Below are positions 1 through 11,070 of a DNA stretch of 61,093 nucleotides, in pieces. The position numbers and the translations under genes were made by a program. This DNA comes from a virus. Taxonomy: Duplodnaviria; Caudoviricetes. The DNA lies in IMG/VR virus record IMGVR_UViG_3300044716_000219, positions 1 through 61,093 of that record; one strand, given 5' to 3'. Within the stretch, counting starts at the first letter, position 1; the number at the start of each line of letters is the position of its first letter. The notes beneath the pieces are model-generated. The model worked only from the letters and a program-made list of their open reading frames with translations. It was not told the DNA's origin and made no database searches.

Positions 1-127
1 TCAATAACACAATGTCGTTCAGCATCTTCGTGTACGCCTGATCGATGGGGGCCATCGACTTGATTGGCTGGGTGACGAACGTCACCGAATACAGAAGCGC
101 CACGACAATGAAGCACAGGATGCAGGT
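1..127. repeat. Terminal overlap, copy 1 (circular assembly)
   Basis: Bases 1-127 are identical to 60967-61093. Confidence 0.97.
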
Positions 128-223
128 GACTGCAACCACCACAAAGCCCCAGATGCGGACTTCGATATCTTCAGCGGTTAGGACTGGCTTCTGGAGCTGG
201 TTGGGCTGGTTGGTTTGTTGCAT
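1..223 (-). CDS. 5' part of a two-TM holin-like membrane protein that continues across the junction into 60659-60966
   Basis: ATG at 223 with GGAG upstream; reads MQQTNQ...VRIWGFVVVAVTCILCFIVVALLYSV, in frame with ORF 60659..61069. Confidence 0.75.
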   Translation of the reverse strand, partial: MQQTNQPNQLQKPVLTAEDIEVRIWGFVVVAVTCILCFIVVALLYSVTFVTQPIKSMAPIDQAYTKMLNDIVLL

Positions 224-398
224 TGATTTGCTTCTCCAAGATGGGGGCTACAAGGTATTCGGGGCACTGCTGGGTAAACAAGCACTTTGGCTTTTGGCAT
301 TGTGCAGCATGGAAGTTTTCAGGGTTCTGGCAGAAATACCTGTACCGGTCTTCACATCCGGTCAGCATCAACGCCGCAAAAATAAAAATATACTTCAT
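171..398 (-). CDS. Small Cys-rich lipoprotein
   Basis: Signal peptide and lipobox MLTG-C; 4 further Cys. Confidence 0.75.
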   Translation of the reverse strand: MKYIFIFAALMLTGCEDRYRYFCQNPENFHAAQCQKPKCLFTQQCPEYLVAPILEKQINATNQPAQPAPEASPNR

Positions 399-571
399 AC
401 CATGACGTCCACAGAGTTGGGTCTAGCCCATTGGTTGCGCACTTGTTGCAGTTTGTGATTCTGCTCGTTTTGATGGTTCAGGCGGTGCAGCTCCTGCAGA
501 TTCTTCTGCTGAATTATGCGGTATGTTTCCAACAAAATCTTGGCGTTGGCTTGGTAAGGAGTGACTCTCAT
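395..571 (-). CDS. Hypothetical protein, 58 aa (MRVTPYQANAK...); not in ORF track
   Basis: Manual translation; ATGA overlaps with both neighbours. Confidence 0.65.
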   Translation of the reverse strand: MRVTPYQANAKILLETYRIIQQKNLQELHRLNHQNEQNHKLQQVRNQWARPNSVDVMV

Positions 572-717
572 AACCCAATCTTCCCCAATAGAAGGTTAAC
601 AATCTTGTCTGACAGGTCATCTGGCAAAAAGCGTAGGAAGCCAAGGAACCACCACGCTGCGCAGCCGTAGCAGAACACCTTGCAGAACATGTCGAACTGC
701 TTTTGGTACTCGTTCAT
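568..717 (-). CDS. Small membrane protein, 49 aa (MNEYQKQFDMFCKVF...); not in ORF track
   Basis: Manual translation; hydrophobic core; fills the gap between genes. Confidence 0.65.
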   Translation of the reverse strand: MNEYQKQFDMFCKVFCYGCAAWWFLGFLRFLPDDLSDKIVNLLLGKIGL

Positions 718-720
718 AGC

Positions 721-1218
721 TCATCTGCCGCAGCGCTTAGTGGTGTTGCAAAACTCCACCATCTCGTAAATGCCAATGCCAAGCAAAAATAACAGGAACG
801 CAATCGCACCAATCGCAACGGCCCACTCTTGCATCTCAGCGTCTTTTTCTTTTTGCTTCTTTTCCTCGGCTCTTAACGCTGCCATTTCTTTGGCGTCATC
901 TCTGTCCATCTCGGCTTGACGGGCTTTGATTTTGTTCCACACGTCGATCTTGCCGGTTTGCATGAACAGCATTTTGAGCTCCTCCTCGAAGGCGCGAGCT
1001 TGCTCAAGCGCCATTTCGATTTGCAGGGCGGTGCCCATGTTGGAGCCTTTTTTGTCGCGCTTAGCCTGCAGCATTGCCTTGGTCGCAGTGGACTTGGCAT
1101 CGAACATCTTGCCGATCATCGGCGCGAGTGAACCTAGGTCATTGGCTACTTTCGCAGCCTTCTTGACCATACTAATAGCCGACTGTATGCCAGCTAGGGC
1201 TGTTACGGGATCAATCAT
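721..1218 (-). CDS. Coiled-coil protein with C-terminal TM helix
   Basis: Helical protein; WAVAIGAIAFLLFLLGIGIY segment. Confidence 0.8.
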   Translation of the reverse strand: MIDPVTALAGIQSAISMVKKAAKVANDLGSLAPMIGKMFDAKSTATKAMLQAKRDKKGSNMGTALQIEMALEQARAFEEELKMLFMQTGKIDVWNKIKARQAEMDRDDAKEMAALRAEEKKQKEKDAEMQEWAVAIGAIAFLLFLLGIGIYEMVEFCNTTKRCGR

Positions 1219-1349
1219 TTTTTCTCAACTTTTTTCCATTCAAGGCATATTACCTTGCGGTTGTACACGTCCCCAGACCATGTCCACCGGACACAGCGGT
1301 ATTCCGTGTTTAAGCTGAAAACCAAGAGAGTCGCCGCTAGCCAATTCAT
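1215..1349 (-). CDS. Small exported/membrane peptide, 44 aa (MNWLAATLLVFSLNTEYRC...)
   Basis: Manual translation; GGAGG SD; stop overlaps next ATG. Confidence 0.65.
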   Translation of the reverse strand: MNWLAATLLVFSLNTEYRCVRWTWSGDVYNRKVICLEWKKVEKK

Positions 1350-1363
1350 GGCGGCCTCCGTAT

Positions 1364-1543
1364 TTAGGTTCGGCTAAACAGGCGGGAAAGGGCAGTTTTA
1401 ATGGAGTTGAAAAAGCTACCGCGAGTGGGTTCTGCGTTTTTCACTTCGGGTTCTGGGGTCACAGGAAGCTCAACGGGCAGCGTAACAGATTCGGGTTGTA
1501 CAACCGTTACTGTTTTTTGCTTGGGTTTATTTGTTGTAGCCAT
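1364..1543 (-). CDS. Hypothetical Pro/Glu-rich protein, 59 aa (MATTNKPKQK...)
   Basis: Manual translation; AGGA SD. Confidence 0.6.
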   Translation of the reverse strand: MATTNKPKQKTVTVVQPESVTLPVELPVTPEPEVKNAEPTRGSFFNSIKTALSRLFSRT

Positions 1544-1555
1544 ACAACAATCCTA

Positions 1556-1789
1556 TTACTTATCTTGCTTGGAGTCAAGCTTGTCGAAGATTTGGCGAAG
1601 GATGTCTTTGATCTCTTTGATGTCGGCCTTGTAGTCATCCTTTTGGACATAATCCTTCAAAATTTGTTCGCGCATGGCAGCCACATCGTCTTCCAGTTTC
1701 TGGATTTTGCGAGTGACCTGATTGAACACAAACACGGCCAAGAACGCGGCAATGGCCACGACGAAGTTAAAGATTTGTTGATTGTCCAT
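1556..1789 (-). CDS. N-terminal TM plus coiled-coil protein (holin/antiholin-like)
   Basis: FNFVVAIAAFLAVFVF followed by heptad repeats. Confidence 0.65.
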   Translation of the reverse strand: MDNQQIFNFVVAIAAFLAVFVFNQVTRKIQKLEDDVAAMREQILKDYVQKDDYKADIKEIKDILRQIFDKLDSKQDK

Positions 1790-1796
1790 GATGGTC

Positions 1797-2372
1797 TTAG
1801 AAAATTATTTCAGGGTAAAGTTCAATGCCGGTCTTAGTTGCCACAATGTTAGAACCAGCGCTATTAGAGGAAATTTCAACAGTGTATGTCCGGTAACCTC
1901 CGCCATTTGCTGTTCTTGATACACCAAAATACAAAGTACTTGAGATTTGGTGCCAAACTCCTCTTGCGCTACCGTATACGGTCTGACCGGCACCAGAACT
2001 AGCAGTTTCAGTGAATCTTACCCAATAGCTTGATCCAATTCCAGTGGTGGTAGGCGATGCCCAGTTACCCGCACTTTGAGTACCGTCATTGCTGGTGCCC
2101 GCTTGGATGGTTCCATTACTGTTAAAAATTAGTTCAGCGAAAGCGGTATTACCCGGATATGCAGTGCCGAAAACACCCGCCAACGATGCCAAAGAAATAG
2201 TGATGGCAGATTTGCCCCAGCCATCGCTCATGCTAATTTGCCCGCTGGACGCAACCCCAAAAAGGGCTCGAACTGCTGAATCGCCAAGTCCAAGAGTGGC
2301 CGTAGCTGACCGCCCCAGCTCAGTGTTTACCTGAGACATGGATATCGTATTACCGGAGGCGGGCAGCGTCAC
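1797..2372 (-). CDS. Tail fibre-associated (adhesin-like) protein
   Basis: TLPASG..ISMSQVNTELG N-terminus; G/S/T-rich; downstream of fibre gene. Confidence 0.6.
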   Translation of the reverse strand: MTLPASGNTISMSQVNTELGRSATATLGLGDSAVRALFGVASSGQISMSDGWGKSAITISLASLAGVFGTAYPGNTAFAELIFNSNGTIQAGTSNDGTQSAGNWASPTTTGIGSSYWVRFTETASSGAGQTVYGSARGVWHQISSTLYFGVSRTANGGGYRTYTVEISSNSAGSNIVATKTGIELYPEIIF

Positions 2373-2375
2373 GGC

Positions 2376-2744
2376 TTAAGGGGCGGCTGTTGGCGCAGGG
2401 GTTTCAACCACTGGAGCCCAAGGCATTGGAGTCTCAGTAATCGGAGTTGCTTTTTCAGCAATCTGCTTTGCAATCATGCCGTTGACGTGCTCTTCGTAGC
2501 TACCAATTACGACGGCTTGAATCCAGCCTAAAACCATTGCTTCGGTCAGTTCAGCAAGGGGCACAAAGGTGGAACCCTCTGGCATTGTGGTCGTCGTGAA
2601 AGGCGTTGCACCAGAGAATTCACCGGTGTTGCCGTTTTCGTCCGTACCGGTCTTTTTCCAGTAGGTCTGCACAACTGCGTTTTCGTTGCTGCCTTCAGTG
2701 CGGGTTTTGAGGCTTGTAACAGCCCATGTGTATGTAATGGCCAT
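2376..2744 (-). CDS. Tail fibre accessory/chaperone protein
   Basis: Directly after the long fibre; FVPLAELTEAMVLGW...PMPW pattern. Confidence 0.6.
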   Translation of the reverse strand: MAITYTWAVTSLKTRTEGSNENAVVQTYWKKTGTDENGNTGEFSGATPFTTTTMPEGSTFVPLAELTEAMVLGWIQAVVIGSYEEHVNGMIAKQIAEKATPITETPMPWAPVVETPAPTAAP

Positions 2745-2746
2745 GG

Positions 2747-5700
2747 TTAATCTCCAATGAGTTTGTTGATGAGGGATTCTAACTGTGCTACGCGGTTTCG
2801 TAAATCAACGACTTCTTTTGCCAGTTCTACAGCAGAAACCATAGCGGCATTGCCATATGCGACTGCAAGATGTGGCCCTTCGTCCAAAACAGTTTCCGGC
2901 AAAACAGTCTGGAGGCTTTGAGCGCTAACACCTGCCTGCCTTGCACCCGTATCAGTTCTAGTATAAGTGCCGCTCTTGACTTTGGCTAGGGCTTCAACAA
3001 ACCCTGTGCATACATCTGACCAGTCTGTTTTTAAGCGTTCATCAGAATATGCTGTAACATTTCCTTTGGCAATAAAATCTGAACTACCTCGGAAAATAAA
3101 ATTGCAGTCGGCAACAGGCGAACCAAAGTGAATACCAATACTGTCTGATCCACCATACCCACCGCCACCTTGGAAATACGAAATCCCATAACCATCAGAA
3201 TTTCCAAAACTCCAAATGCGATTTCGGCCTGATTGATACCCTGCATTTTGAAAGCCGCCTCCGGTACCAGATGAAACAATCCCGTTACTTGAAAGAGATA
3301 GTCCTGAACTGCTTGGGTCTAAATAATAGGCTGTGCTGTTGGCGTCATAGAAAATAGTGCCGTCTACACGAGCGCCAAAGTAAGCGCCTTTGTTGCAGTA
3401 CACCCCGTACGCCGAATTGGTCGACGAAGTGCCAATACCCATGCAGTCGTTTGAAACTAGGTAATAAAAATACCATTTGCCATTGGCTTCGCGGTAAACA
3501 CCACCGTTACCAGCGCTGTCGTACATCATCCCATTAACAGCGCTGTGGGAAATATACATACCGCTGTACGAATTTTTACTACCGTCTATTTGCAACTGGG
3601 TGTACGTGGAGCCACCATTTGGGTAAAAATGCGCACCATAGTGGTTTGGCCAATAGATTCCTGCGGAATTGTCACATTGAATCCAAGTGTTCGGACGGAA
3701 ATATTGATTTCCAGACAAAACAAGGCCATACAAAAATGAACTACTACTGGGGTCACAGTAGTAAGCAGTATTTTCGTAATCATAAAAAACTGGTGCTCGA
3801 ACTGAGCCTGTAACAAGGAAATCTGCATTGTGGTTTAACTGCATCTTCCAAGTAGACCAGTTGGCGCTACCTGCTTTACTTGTATACCAATAGTGCTGGT
3901 GGTCTTCAGTTGCTCCGGTTCCCGCAGTTCTCCAGTGCCCTGAGTAATAATGAAGGTCGTTTCCGTAGGTTCTTAAAAATCCGGAGTAGTTTGATTGAAT
4001 GCCAAGTTCCAGAGAATCGTAATTTGAAAGGCCAGCGATCTTAATTGCAACCACACCATTGGCGTTAGAGCCGCCAGTTGCGGCTTGGTAGTTTGCGTAA
4101 TTAAGAACACTGTTGCTGGTTGGGTCTAAGTAGTAGTTTGTGTTGTTACTGTCGTAAAAGATTGGTGATCTAATAGATTCGCCATTTAGCAAGTAACCGC
4201 CGTTATCCATTAAAACGTTCGCGCCGCTAAACCTCATCTGCCACGTGTTGTTACCGCCAACATACAACTCATCGCCAGAGCCCGCTTTTATCATAGAAGC
4301 GTTTGTGCCAGCTGACGTAAGCGTTATATCAGAAGACCCGTTTACATAAAATATTGCAGTGGTTAATACACTGTTGCCATTTGGGTCTACGTAATAACCT
4401 GTGTTGTTGCTGTCGTAGAAGATTGGCGCGCGGGATGACACGCTTGTCTGGGATACACCCTGACTACTTACCCAAAAATCAGAGCCGCCTTGTGTAGCGG
4501 TTCCGCTTACATGAAGCCCAATATAATCAGGGCCGCCTTGGAAATACGAAATTCCGTAACTATCAGCATTGCCAAAACTCCAAATGCGGTTTCTGCCGCT
4601 TGTAAAAGTTCTATTTTGGAAACCCCCGTTTGTTCCAGTACCAGATGAAACAATGCCGTTAGTTGCTAACGCAAGGCCCGTGCTGTTTGGGTCTAAGTAA
4701 TAGCCTGTGTCGTTGCTGTCGTAGAAGATTGGTGCGCGTGAAGAACTATATGATGTTGTGTCCCCGCTGTTGTTAATGATAAACGCGTTTATAGTGTCAG
4801 CGCTATTGTTAAAGCGATAACCATAAGTTGGCGTACCCCTAGCGTATGATCCATCACCCGCCCAACTTTGAACACCTTGCCAGTTAGCAGCGTTTAAAAC
4901 AGATGTACCCGCCGGGTCTAAGTAACGGTTCGTGTCGTTGCTGTCGTAGAAAATTGGTGCATAAACTGCACTTGTGTTGTTTCCTGATTGCGTTGGTGGG
5001 TTAACAGTATGTGTTGCATTAATATTGTTATATGTAGATGAATTAAAACCTATTGACCAATTGTCATCCCAATTGGGGTAACCAGTATCTACATAACCAA
5101 CTTGAACATCAGTTATAAAAACTTGCGGGTATGACCAAGAACTTCCAAGTTCTCCAATATAAACATAAAGAGCACCACCGCCATAAGTAAACCGCACATT
5201 AAGGGCAGACCTATTTGCTGTACCCATGTAAGCAAATGTGTTGTACCAAGTTCCACCAGAAGTGTGACCACCGCAATAAATATCAAATGAAAGCCCATCG
5301 TATGTGTAAACACTAACCCTAAATCTCAGCATTGGGGAAAGTGATACTGGCAATGTAATAACAATCGCACCATTTACAGTGCCTGTTGTTGTGGTGTACG
5401 CGCCACCCGCAGGCATTACATTTCGCAATCCACCACTGTTATTGCTAACAGCAGAATTCACTAAGATACTGTTTAAATAAGAAAGATTTGAAGGGTCGGC
5501 ATAATACCCAGTATTGTTGCTGTCGTAGAAAATTGGTGATCTCAAAGACCCATTGTAAACATAACCCCCATCATTTGCCCCTTGAGCCATAAGCGTAAGG
5601 GGATGATTAGAGTATGTGCCAATCTTACCCACACCTTGCCCCGTATGGGAAAGCATTGTAGTAATAATCCCGTCACTATTACTTACAACGTCTAGCCTCG

Positions 5701-8413
5701 CATGGCTAGAACCGACAAGGTTCATTCGGGCGTTCCAATTACCATCGTTAGAAGACGCTACATTGCCCGCGAAAATGTGCGTTAGCCTAGAACCGCTGTT
5801 TGGGTCTACGTAATAGTTCGTGTCGTTGCTGTCGTAAAAGATTGGTGCACGCCAATCATCAGTTGCGAGTCCAGTACCACCTAAATGTAAATTGTAAGCA
5901 GGAGAACTTCCATAGTTAAGACCTGTGAAGCTACCGAAAAAAACAAGCCTGTGGATTGCTGCAACGTTGTCATATGCAGCGTAAAAGCGTCCATCGCCTA
6001 CACCCATTGAATAGTGAGTAGCTGTTGTGGCATCACCGCGGATATTAACTACGCCGTAGGCTGATCCATAAACTGTTATCTGTTTAGTACTACTAGCAGT
6101 CCCCCAAGCGGAATTAACTGGGCTGGTAGTACCAACACCTATACTACCTGCAAGAAGTGCAGCAGTAGTTGAATTTGGGTCTAAATAGTAAGTTGTGTCG
6201 TTGCTGTCGTAGAAAATTGGTGCGCGGTAGTCGCCGCTGGTTGTGTATGTGCCTGTACCGCCAGCTTTGTTTGTTAGATTGTTGTAGTCAACCGAGCCAG
6301 CAGAACCAGCAGACCCTGTGATATTAATAGCCCAAGTACCAGAAGCGCCTGTGCCGGTCAGAGTTGGGCTATAGCTGTTGTAGTTGGCTGCGTGAAGAAT
6401 GTTGTTGCCATTAATAAAAGCAAAAGAACCATCGGCAGCAATTCGTGTTGACAAAGTGCCATCGGCTTTACGCAACAACAGTTCACCAACATTTGTAGAA
6501 AACCAAATACCTGAATAATTTGCACCATTGGTGTTTGAGTAAACCCCCCAAGAACTGGCAGCTGTAGTTGTAAGCACAGAGCCAGTTATCGCTAATGGCC
6601 CTGTCAAAGTTCCGCCAGCCAAAGGCAAATAAGTACTAGCCGCAGACGCAGAAGTCAAATAGCCTGACAGCGCAGAACTTGTGATATACCCGCTTGGATT
6701 GCTATTGTTGTATGGTGTGAAGCCCAGAGCTGTGGTCACCATGCCGGATGTGATGCCGGTGATGTAGCCTGATGGGTTGCTGCTGTTGTAAGGCGTATAG
6801 CCCAAAGCCGTTGTGACCTGTATCGACGTGATGCCTGTCAGGTAGCCGTTAGGGTTTGTGCTGTTATAGGGTGTGAAGCCCAACGCAGTTGTAACATCAG
6901 CAGACGACAAAGTAATCGCGCCTGTGCGGGTGTTGAAACTGGTCACACCGCCGACGATGTTAATGACACCAGTGGCTGAGTCGTATGAGCCTGCACCAGT
7001 AACAGAGATCGCGCCGCGAGCGCCTGCCGCAGTAACAAACCCACTAGGATTCGTTGCGTTATATGGGGTAAACCCTAACGCTGTAGTGACGTCACTGGAT
7101 GTAATACCAGTGATATAGCCAGCTGGGTTGGTAGCGTTATATGGGGTAAACCCTAATGCTGTTGTAATATTACCACTAGTCAGCGAAGCCCATGAGGTGG
7201 ACGTGGCGTCAGTTGTCAGGAACTTACCTGCGTTACCTGCCTGAGATGGCAAAAAGCTGGCTTTAACAGCAGCAGTCAAAGTGCCACGAACAGTGTCAAC
7301 GCTCAAATACTGAGGGTGATCGTCGTCAGACAAACCAGACAAGTTACCGTGGTCAGTTATCAGTGAAGCTGCAACACCTGCCGCAGCGATCGAACGGATG
7401 TCGGTGATCGAAACCAGACTGGCTTTAACAGCGTTACTGAAACTGTCAGCGCATTGAAAAACGAGTCTATACAGTGGGCGGAATTCCACTGAAGGGAAAC
7501 CGGGAAGTTGCAACGATGTAAAGTCAACAGCTTCGGCAGCGCTCTGCAAATCACTTTCGGCTTGGCCGATGATTGCAATGACTGGGTATGTCAGGTTGTT
7601 CGTCGCCAGAATCCATGATGTGGCGTACTTGTTGTTTGCTACGTCGGCTGTTGACCAGACACCACCAGACAGTGCGTTGTATTGAGGACGAGCAGTACCT
7701 TGCTTGAGCGGGTAGTCAGTCGGTGCGTCGATGACCCAGCCTGTGCCGGACAAATACAACACTGGAATGCGAGCAGGGCTCAGAAGGTCTTGTTCCCACG
7801 TACCGGCTGTTGGTGTGTTGGTCGCAGTGACGATGATCTTCATGTCCTCGTCAAAGAACGTACCGCCTTCAAGCGTCAGTTGTGCGTGAGCATTTGAACT
7901 ACCATTACCTCCAAGGGTGTAGCCGCTTGCACCGAAGCCACTAGCTAGAGCAGCGCCGCGTGTGCGGTGTAGGTATTCGTGAGTCTGCCAATCAAGGACA
8001 ACGCCGTGACGCTCGTCACCAAAGTATGGGCAAGCACCGGTGGCAGCGTTCCAGTAAATGTACGCAGTTGGAGCTTCCTCAGAAAATGTGAAGTAACCAG
8101 CTTTAGCAGCTAGAGCGCCGTTCGCGTCGAAGTAAATCGAGTACATCCCCGATGTGTTGGGGATCGTAACGGTCTGCGCAGAGCTGACAACAACCTTCTT
8201 GCCTTTGCACCAAACTGTAAAGCTGGTGCTTACAGGTGCAATCGTGAACGTACGGGTCGATGCGTTGAAGCTAATCGTGGAGGTTGTACGGTCTTCATGA
8301 CCCATGGGTTCACCGGTAATACCGGATACTTCCGCTAGATTGGTGAAGTTTGCGTCGACTTCGTTATTTGTAAGAGGCGAGCCCTTACCCGCTCGGGTAA
8401 CAATATCAACCAT
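2747..8413 (-). CDS. Long modular tail fibre (1888 aa) with C-terminal peptidase S74 intramolecular chaperone
   Basis: G/S/T/N-rich; repeats; AYSDERLK cleavage motif followed by terminal coiled coil. Confidence 0.88.
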   Translation of the reverse strand: MVDIVTRAGKGSPLTNNEVDANFTNLAEVSGITGEPMGHEDRTTSTISFNASTRTFTIAPVSTSFTVWCKGKKVVVSSAQTVTIPNTSGMYSIYFDANGALAAKAGYFTFSEEAPTAYIYWNAATGACPYFGDERHGVVLDWQTHEYLHRTRGAALASGFGASGYTLGGNGSSNAHAQLTLEGGTFFDEDMKIIVTATNTPTAGTWEQDLLSPARIPVLYLSGTGWVIDAPTDYPLKQGTARPQYNALSGGVWSTADVANNKYATSWILATNNLTYPVIAIIGQAESDLQSAAEAVDFTSLQLPGFPSVEFRPLYRLVFQCADSFSNAVKASLVSITDIRSIAAAGVAASLITDHGNLSGLSDDDHPQYLSVDTVRGTLTAAVKASFLPSQAGNAGKFLTTDATSTSWASLTSGNITTALGFTPYNATNPAGYITGITSSDVTTALGFTPYNATNPSGFVTAAGARGAISVTGAGSYDSATGVINIVGGVTSFNTRTGAITLSSADVTTALGFTPYNSTNPNGYLTGITSIQVTTALGYTPYNSSNPSGYITGITSGMVTTALGFTPYNNSNPSGYITSSALSGYLTSASAASTYLPLAGGTLTGPLAITGSVLTTTAASSWGVYSNTNGANYSGIWFSTNVGELLLRKADGTLSTRIAADGSFAFINGNNILHAANYNSYSPTLTGTGASGTWAINITGSAGSAGSVDYNNLTNKAGGTGTYTTSGDYRAPIFYDSNDTTYYLDPNSTTAALLAGSIGVGTTSPVNSAWGTASSTKQITVYGSAYGVVNIRGDATTATHYSMGVGDGRFYAAYDNVAAIHRLVFFGSFTGLNYGSSPAYNLHLGGTGLATDDWRAPIFYDSNDTNYYVDPNSGSRLTHIFAGNVASSNDGNWNARMNLVGSSHARLDVVSNSDGIITTMLSHTGQGVGKIGTYSNHPLTLMAQGANDGGYVYNGSLRSPIFYDSNNTGYYADPSNLSYLNSILVNSAVSNNSGGLRNVMPAGGAYTTTTGTVNGAIVITLPVSLSPMLRFRVSVYTYDGLSFDIYCGGHTSGGTWYNTFAYMGTANRSALNVRFTYGGGALYVYIGELGSSWSYPQVFITDVQVGYVDTGYPNWDDNWSIGFNSSTYNNINATHTVNPPTQSGNNTSAVYAPIFYDSNDTNRYLDPAGTSVLNAANWQGVQSWAGDGSYARGTPTYGYRFNNSADTINAFIINNSGDTTSYSSSRAPIFYDSNDTGYYLDPNSTGLALATNGIVSSGTGTNGGFQNRTFTSGRNRIWSFGNADSYGISYFQGGPDYIGLHVSGTATQGGSDFWVSSQGVSQTSVSSRAPIFYDSNNTGYYVDPNGNSVLTTAIFYVNGSSDITLTSAGTNASMIKAGSGDELYVGGNNTWQMRFSGANVLMDNGGYLLNGESIRSPIFYDSNNTNYYLDPTSNSVLNYANYQAATGGSNANGVVAIKIAGLSNYDSLELGIQSNYSGFLRTYGNDLHYYSGHWRTAGTGATEDHQHYWYTSKAGSANWSTWKMQLNHNADFLVTGSVRAPVFYDYENTAYYCDPSSSSFLYGLVLSGNQYFRPNTWIQCDNSAGIYWPNHYGAHFYPNGGSTYTQLQIDGSKNSYSGMYISHSAVNGMMYDSAGNGGVYREANGKWYFYYLVSNDCMGIGTSSTNSAYGVYCNKGAYFGARVDGTIFYDANSTAYYLDPSSSGLSLSSNGIVSSGTGGGFQNAGYQSGRNRIWSFGNSDGYGISYFQGGGGYGGSDSIGIHFGSPVADCNFIFRGSSDFIAKGNVTAYSDERLKTDWSDVCTGFVEALAKVKSGTYTRTDTGARQAGVSAQSLQTVLPETVLDEGPHLAVAYGNAAMVSAVELAKEVVDLRNRVAQLESLINKLIGD
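3315..6230 (-). repeat. Nine dispersed R(A/S)PIFYDSN.T.YY.DP module-boundary repeats
   Basis: Nine copies in translation; DNA core gttgctgtcgta(g/a)aa(a/g)attgg conserved in most. Confidence 0.9.
6680..7180 (-). repeat. Tandem TS..(V/I)TTALG(F/Y)TPYN..NP.G(Y/F) repeats (5 copies)
   Basis: Visible in translation. Confidence 0.85.
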
Positions 8414-8431
8414 ACAACACTACTCCAAAAT

Positions 8432-8869
8432 TTAGCTAACTGTGATCGCCCATGTGATGCTCATGGCGTCATCTGCGCCTTTGTTAACAACAGCGAACAC
8501 GGTACGGCACAACATAGTACCGGAGGAAGAAGCGTTGAAAACGCCAGCCTCAACAACAGCACCAGTACCTGTACCAGCAGGGAAGCTAGCTACATAAGTA
8601 ACAACAGCGCCGGAGGATGTAGAAGATGACAACGCAACACGGCCCAATTCCGCGCCCAAGGCAGCGTCGTTAGTCGCAGCTGCTGTATTGTTAGAACCAA
8701 TAGCCATGTGAGACATAGCGGTCGGTGTGCCAACAATGCGTGATGCAATGAAGGTTTTACCTGTCGCAACGACGAGGTTTTTAATCTCGCGGCGATCTTT
8801 GATCTGGCCATCGGGGCCAGTGATTTCGACGACTACGTCGCCAGTAACTTTGAGTTGGTCGTTTAACAT
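8432..8869 (-). CDS. Virion structural protein (fibre-associated)
   Basis: NLVVATGK...EAGVFNA pattern; position in structural block. Confidence 0.65.
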   Translation of the reverse strand: MLNDQLKVTGDVVVEITGPDGQIKDRREIKNLVVATGKTFIASRIVGTPTAMSHMAIGSNNTAAATNDAALGAELGRVALSSSTSSGAVVTYVASFPAGTGTGAVVEAGVFNASSSGTMLCRTVFAVVNKGADDAMSITWAITVS

Positions 8870-8877
8870 GGGGGCTC

Positions 8878-10062
8878 CTATGAAAATGTTCGGGATTCAC
8901 CGACGTAGTCTTCTGCGAAGTATGACAGATCGCAGTAGTTTTGGGAAGACAAAATACCACTGCTGGCCAAAGATACCGAGTCGGCTTTGTTCGCATTCCA
9001 AGCCCTCGTGCTGGTGTCAGCAACAAAAACCAAGTTGGTTACGTATTTTACAGCTTGGTAAGTAATATTGTCTGCAAGATCGGCGCTATCATTCATCGCA
9101 ACGCCGTCGTTGATTACTCGCCCGATGATGCGGCTAGAGAAATCAGAAAGCACAAGGCTATCAAACACGCCTTTGTCGACAACTCTAGCCAAAGAATCGG
9201 AGTGACTAAAGGCGTCTGAGAAAACTTTAAACGTGTTTCTGACCGCAAAATCAGATAGCGGGAACGAATCCACCAGTGACTTACCAGCGTCTTTGGCTAC
9301 CAAATCAGTGTGTGTAAAGCTATCAAAAAGCGCCTTAGAAGTGTCCCGAGATATGCTGTCCGGCACATAGAACACATCCGCGGAGTGTTTTCCCAGATTA
9401 AATTGAGTCACATCCACCGTGCCAGCGCTGTCAACTAGTGCTTTACTAAATACGGTACGGAAGGTTTCTTGAAGGCTAACCGAGTGTGTGTACGCCAGTT
9501 GGTACAGAAATGTTGGAGCGGTGTCAGACAGAGAGAACGAGCTGGACAGAGGTTTGATAAACCCCTTAGCTGCAGAATCACTCAGTGCAAAATTATCTGC
9601 AAGAGGGCGGCTAAAGGTAAACGAAACTTGGTGGGCGAAATCGATCGTGTCTGTAAAATTACGAATGTACTCAAGCGTGCGGATGATAAAGTCCGGCAAA
9701 GACACACTGTCAGTGTAGGCAAGCTGCGTGTCAATGCTTGTAATATAGTCTGTCTGCCCGAACGTATCAGTAAGCGCTTTCTGCGTCGATCTAAACGATG
9801 CGTCAGCTACAAAAACTTCTTCAGGGAAAAACTGGAACCGCCCAGACGTATCAAGGTACGCGGCAGACGCTAGCAGTATGTAGTTCAGGTTAGCCGCAGG
9901 TACTATCACCGTCACCGATGCACCAGCAACGACAACAGAAGTAGCAGCAGCTAAAAGCGCAGCCGAAGTCTCGGCTACAGGCGCTACGATGACGACGCTT
10001 GCCCTTGCTCTGGTAACAGCCGTTGAAGCCGTTAGAGCAGTTCTGACAACCGTCACGCCCAT
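8878..10062 (-). CDS. Virion protein with degenerate ~19-aa D.F..SD repeats
   Basis: Repeats visible; structural block. Confidence 0.6.
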   Translation of the reverse strand: MGVTVVRTALTASTAVTRARASVVIVAPVAETSAALLAAATSVVVAGASVTVIVPAANLNYILLASAAYLDTSGRFQFFPEEVFVADASFRSTQKALTDTFGQTDYITSIDTQLAYTDSVSLPDFIIRTLEYIRNFTDTIDFAHQVSFTFSRPLADNFALSDSAAKGFIKPLSSSFSLSDTAPTFLYQLAYTHSVSLQETFRTVFSKALVDSAGTVDVTQFNLGKHSADVFYVPDSISRDTSKALFDSFTHTDLVAKDAGKSLVDSFPLSDFAVRNTFKVFSDAFSHSDSLARVVDKGVFDSLVLSDFSSRIIGRVINDGVAMNDSADLADNITYQAVKYVTNLVFVADTSTRAWNANKADSVSLASSGILSSQNYCDLSYFAEDYVGESRTFS

Positions 10063-10394
10063 TAGAAGTCCTCGCGCAGCTTAAACTTCAACAAGTCGTA
10101 AACAGTTTGGATGGTTCCGTCGGAAAACGTGATCTGGATTTCGCCTTCGTAGTCACCGGCTTCACCCAACAACATAGCTGGAGCAGAGGCAGGGTAGAAC
10201 GCAACTTGGCCGTTAACGCCATCAGTTACAGAGCCAGTCACAGTAGCAGTCAGGTCGGCAGAACCTACAGCGCGGAACTTCAGCAGAACCGTGGCACCAG
10301 TCACCACAATGGGCAGACCGGTGATTTCATCGGTGATGTTGCAGACTAGCGCAGGTTTGGTGTCGCCCTGTACGAGTTTAATTTTCTCGGCCAT
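10062..10394 (-). CDS. BppU N-terminal-like structural protein
   Basis: LVQGDT...GDYEGEIQITFSDGTIQT pattern. Confidence 0.6.
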   Translation of the reverse strand: MAEKIKLVQGDTKPALVCNITDEITGLPIVVTGATVLLKFRAVGSADLTATVTGSVTDGVNGQVAFYPASAPAMLLGEAGDYEGEIQITFSDGTIQTVYDLLKFKLREDF

Positions 10395-10402
10395 GTGTCA
10401 CC

Positions 10403-11062
10403 TCAGATTTTAGGCGCTACGCCTGTTGTACCGGCCATCTCAGTTGTCAACGCAGCTTGGAAAGCTCCATAGTGAGCCTGTGCGCGTTGAGCGTTACCAG
10501 CGTATTCGCTGTCCTTGGTGTAGGCGCGATACAAGATGTAATCGGCCAAGACGTTGCCGTAGATGTCAGGCAAACTGATATTACCGGCCACAGCGCTGTA
10601 TACAGCCCCATCAGCGGGTTCTGTGATATCAGTTGGATAGGCAGAGTACACAATCTCAACAGAAGCGCCTGAAGAGGCTGCTGGTGGGTATACGTAGAAC
10701 ACCTTGGGGTCACGAGGGTCGTACATGTAGTGCAGGACTTCGGTTACACCTGTCAGGTTGTACCAGTTAGGGCTCTGTGTGTCCAAGATGTTGCGCACGG
10801 TCATGCGAACAGAACGCTTTGTGCCAGAGGTATTACGGATCACGTCGATCAGTTTAGAACCGTTGGAGGGCAAGGCTTGCTTAGCGCCGCCTGCAAGAGC
10901 CACTGTGGCGTTAGTCACCATTGAGTCAGGGCGGTACAAGACCACTTCACGCTGACCATCATTGAGGTAACGAACAAGTTCAGCCACTGGCCAACGCACA
11001 GACGTGTTGTCCTGCATTGTCTCAACGACACGACGGATGATTGATTGTGCTGCAATGGTCAT
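10403..11062 (-). CDS. Head-tail adaptor-like protein
   Basis: VRWPVAELVRYLNDGQ and YRAYTKDSE motifs; position. Confidence 0.7.
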   Translation of the reverse strand: MTIAAQSIIRRVVETMQDNTSVRWPVAELVRYLNDGQREVVLYRPDSMVTNATVALAGGAKQALPSNGSKLIDVIRNTSGTKRSVRMTVRNILDTQSPNWYNLTGVTEVLHYMYDPRDPKVFYVYPPAASSGASVEIVYSAYPTDITEPADGAVYSAVAGNISLPDIYGNVLADYILYRAYTKDSEYAGNAQRAQAHYGAFQAALTTEMAGTTGVAPKI

Positions 11063-11070
11063 GATTTACC

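Noticed and set aside
2747-8413. Diversity-generating retroelement or invertase shufflon acting on the fibre
   Set aside because: No reverse transcriptase, adenine-specific TR/VR pair or recombinase seen; the repeats are direct
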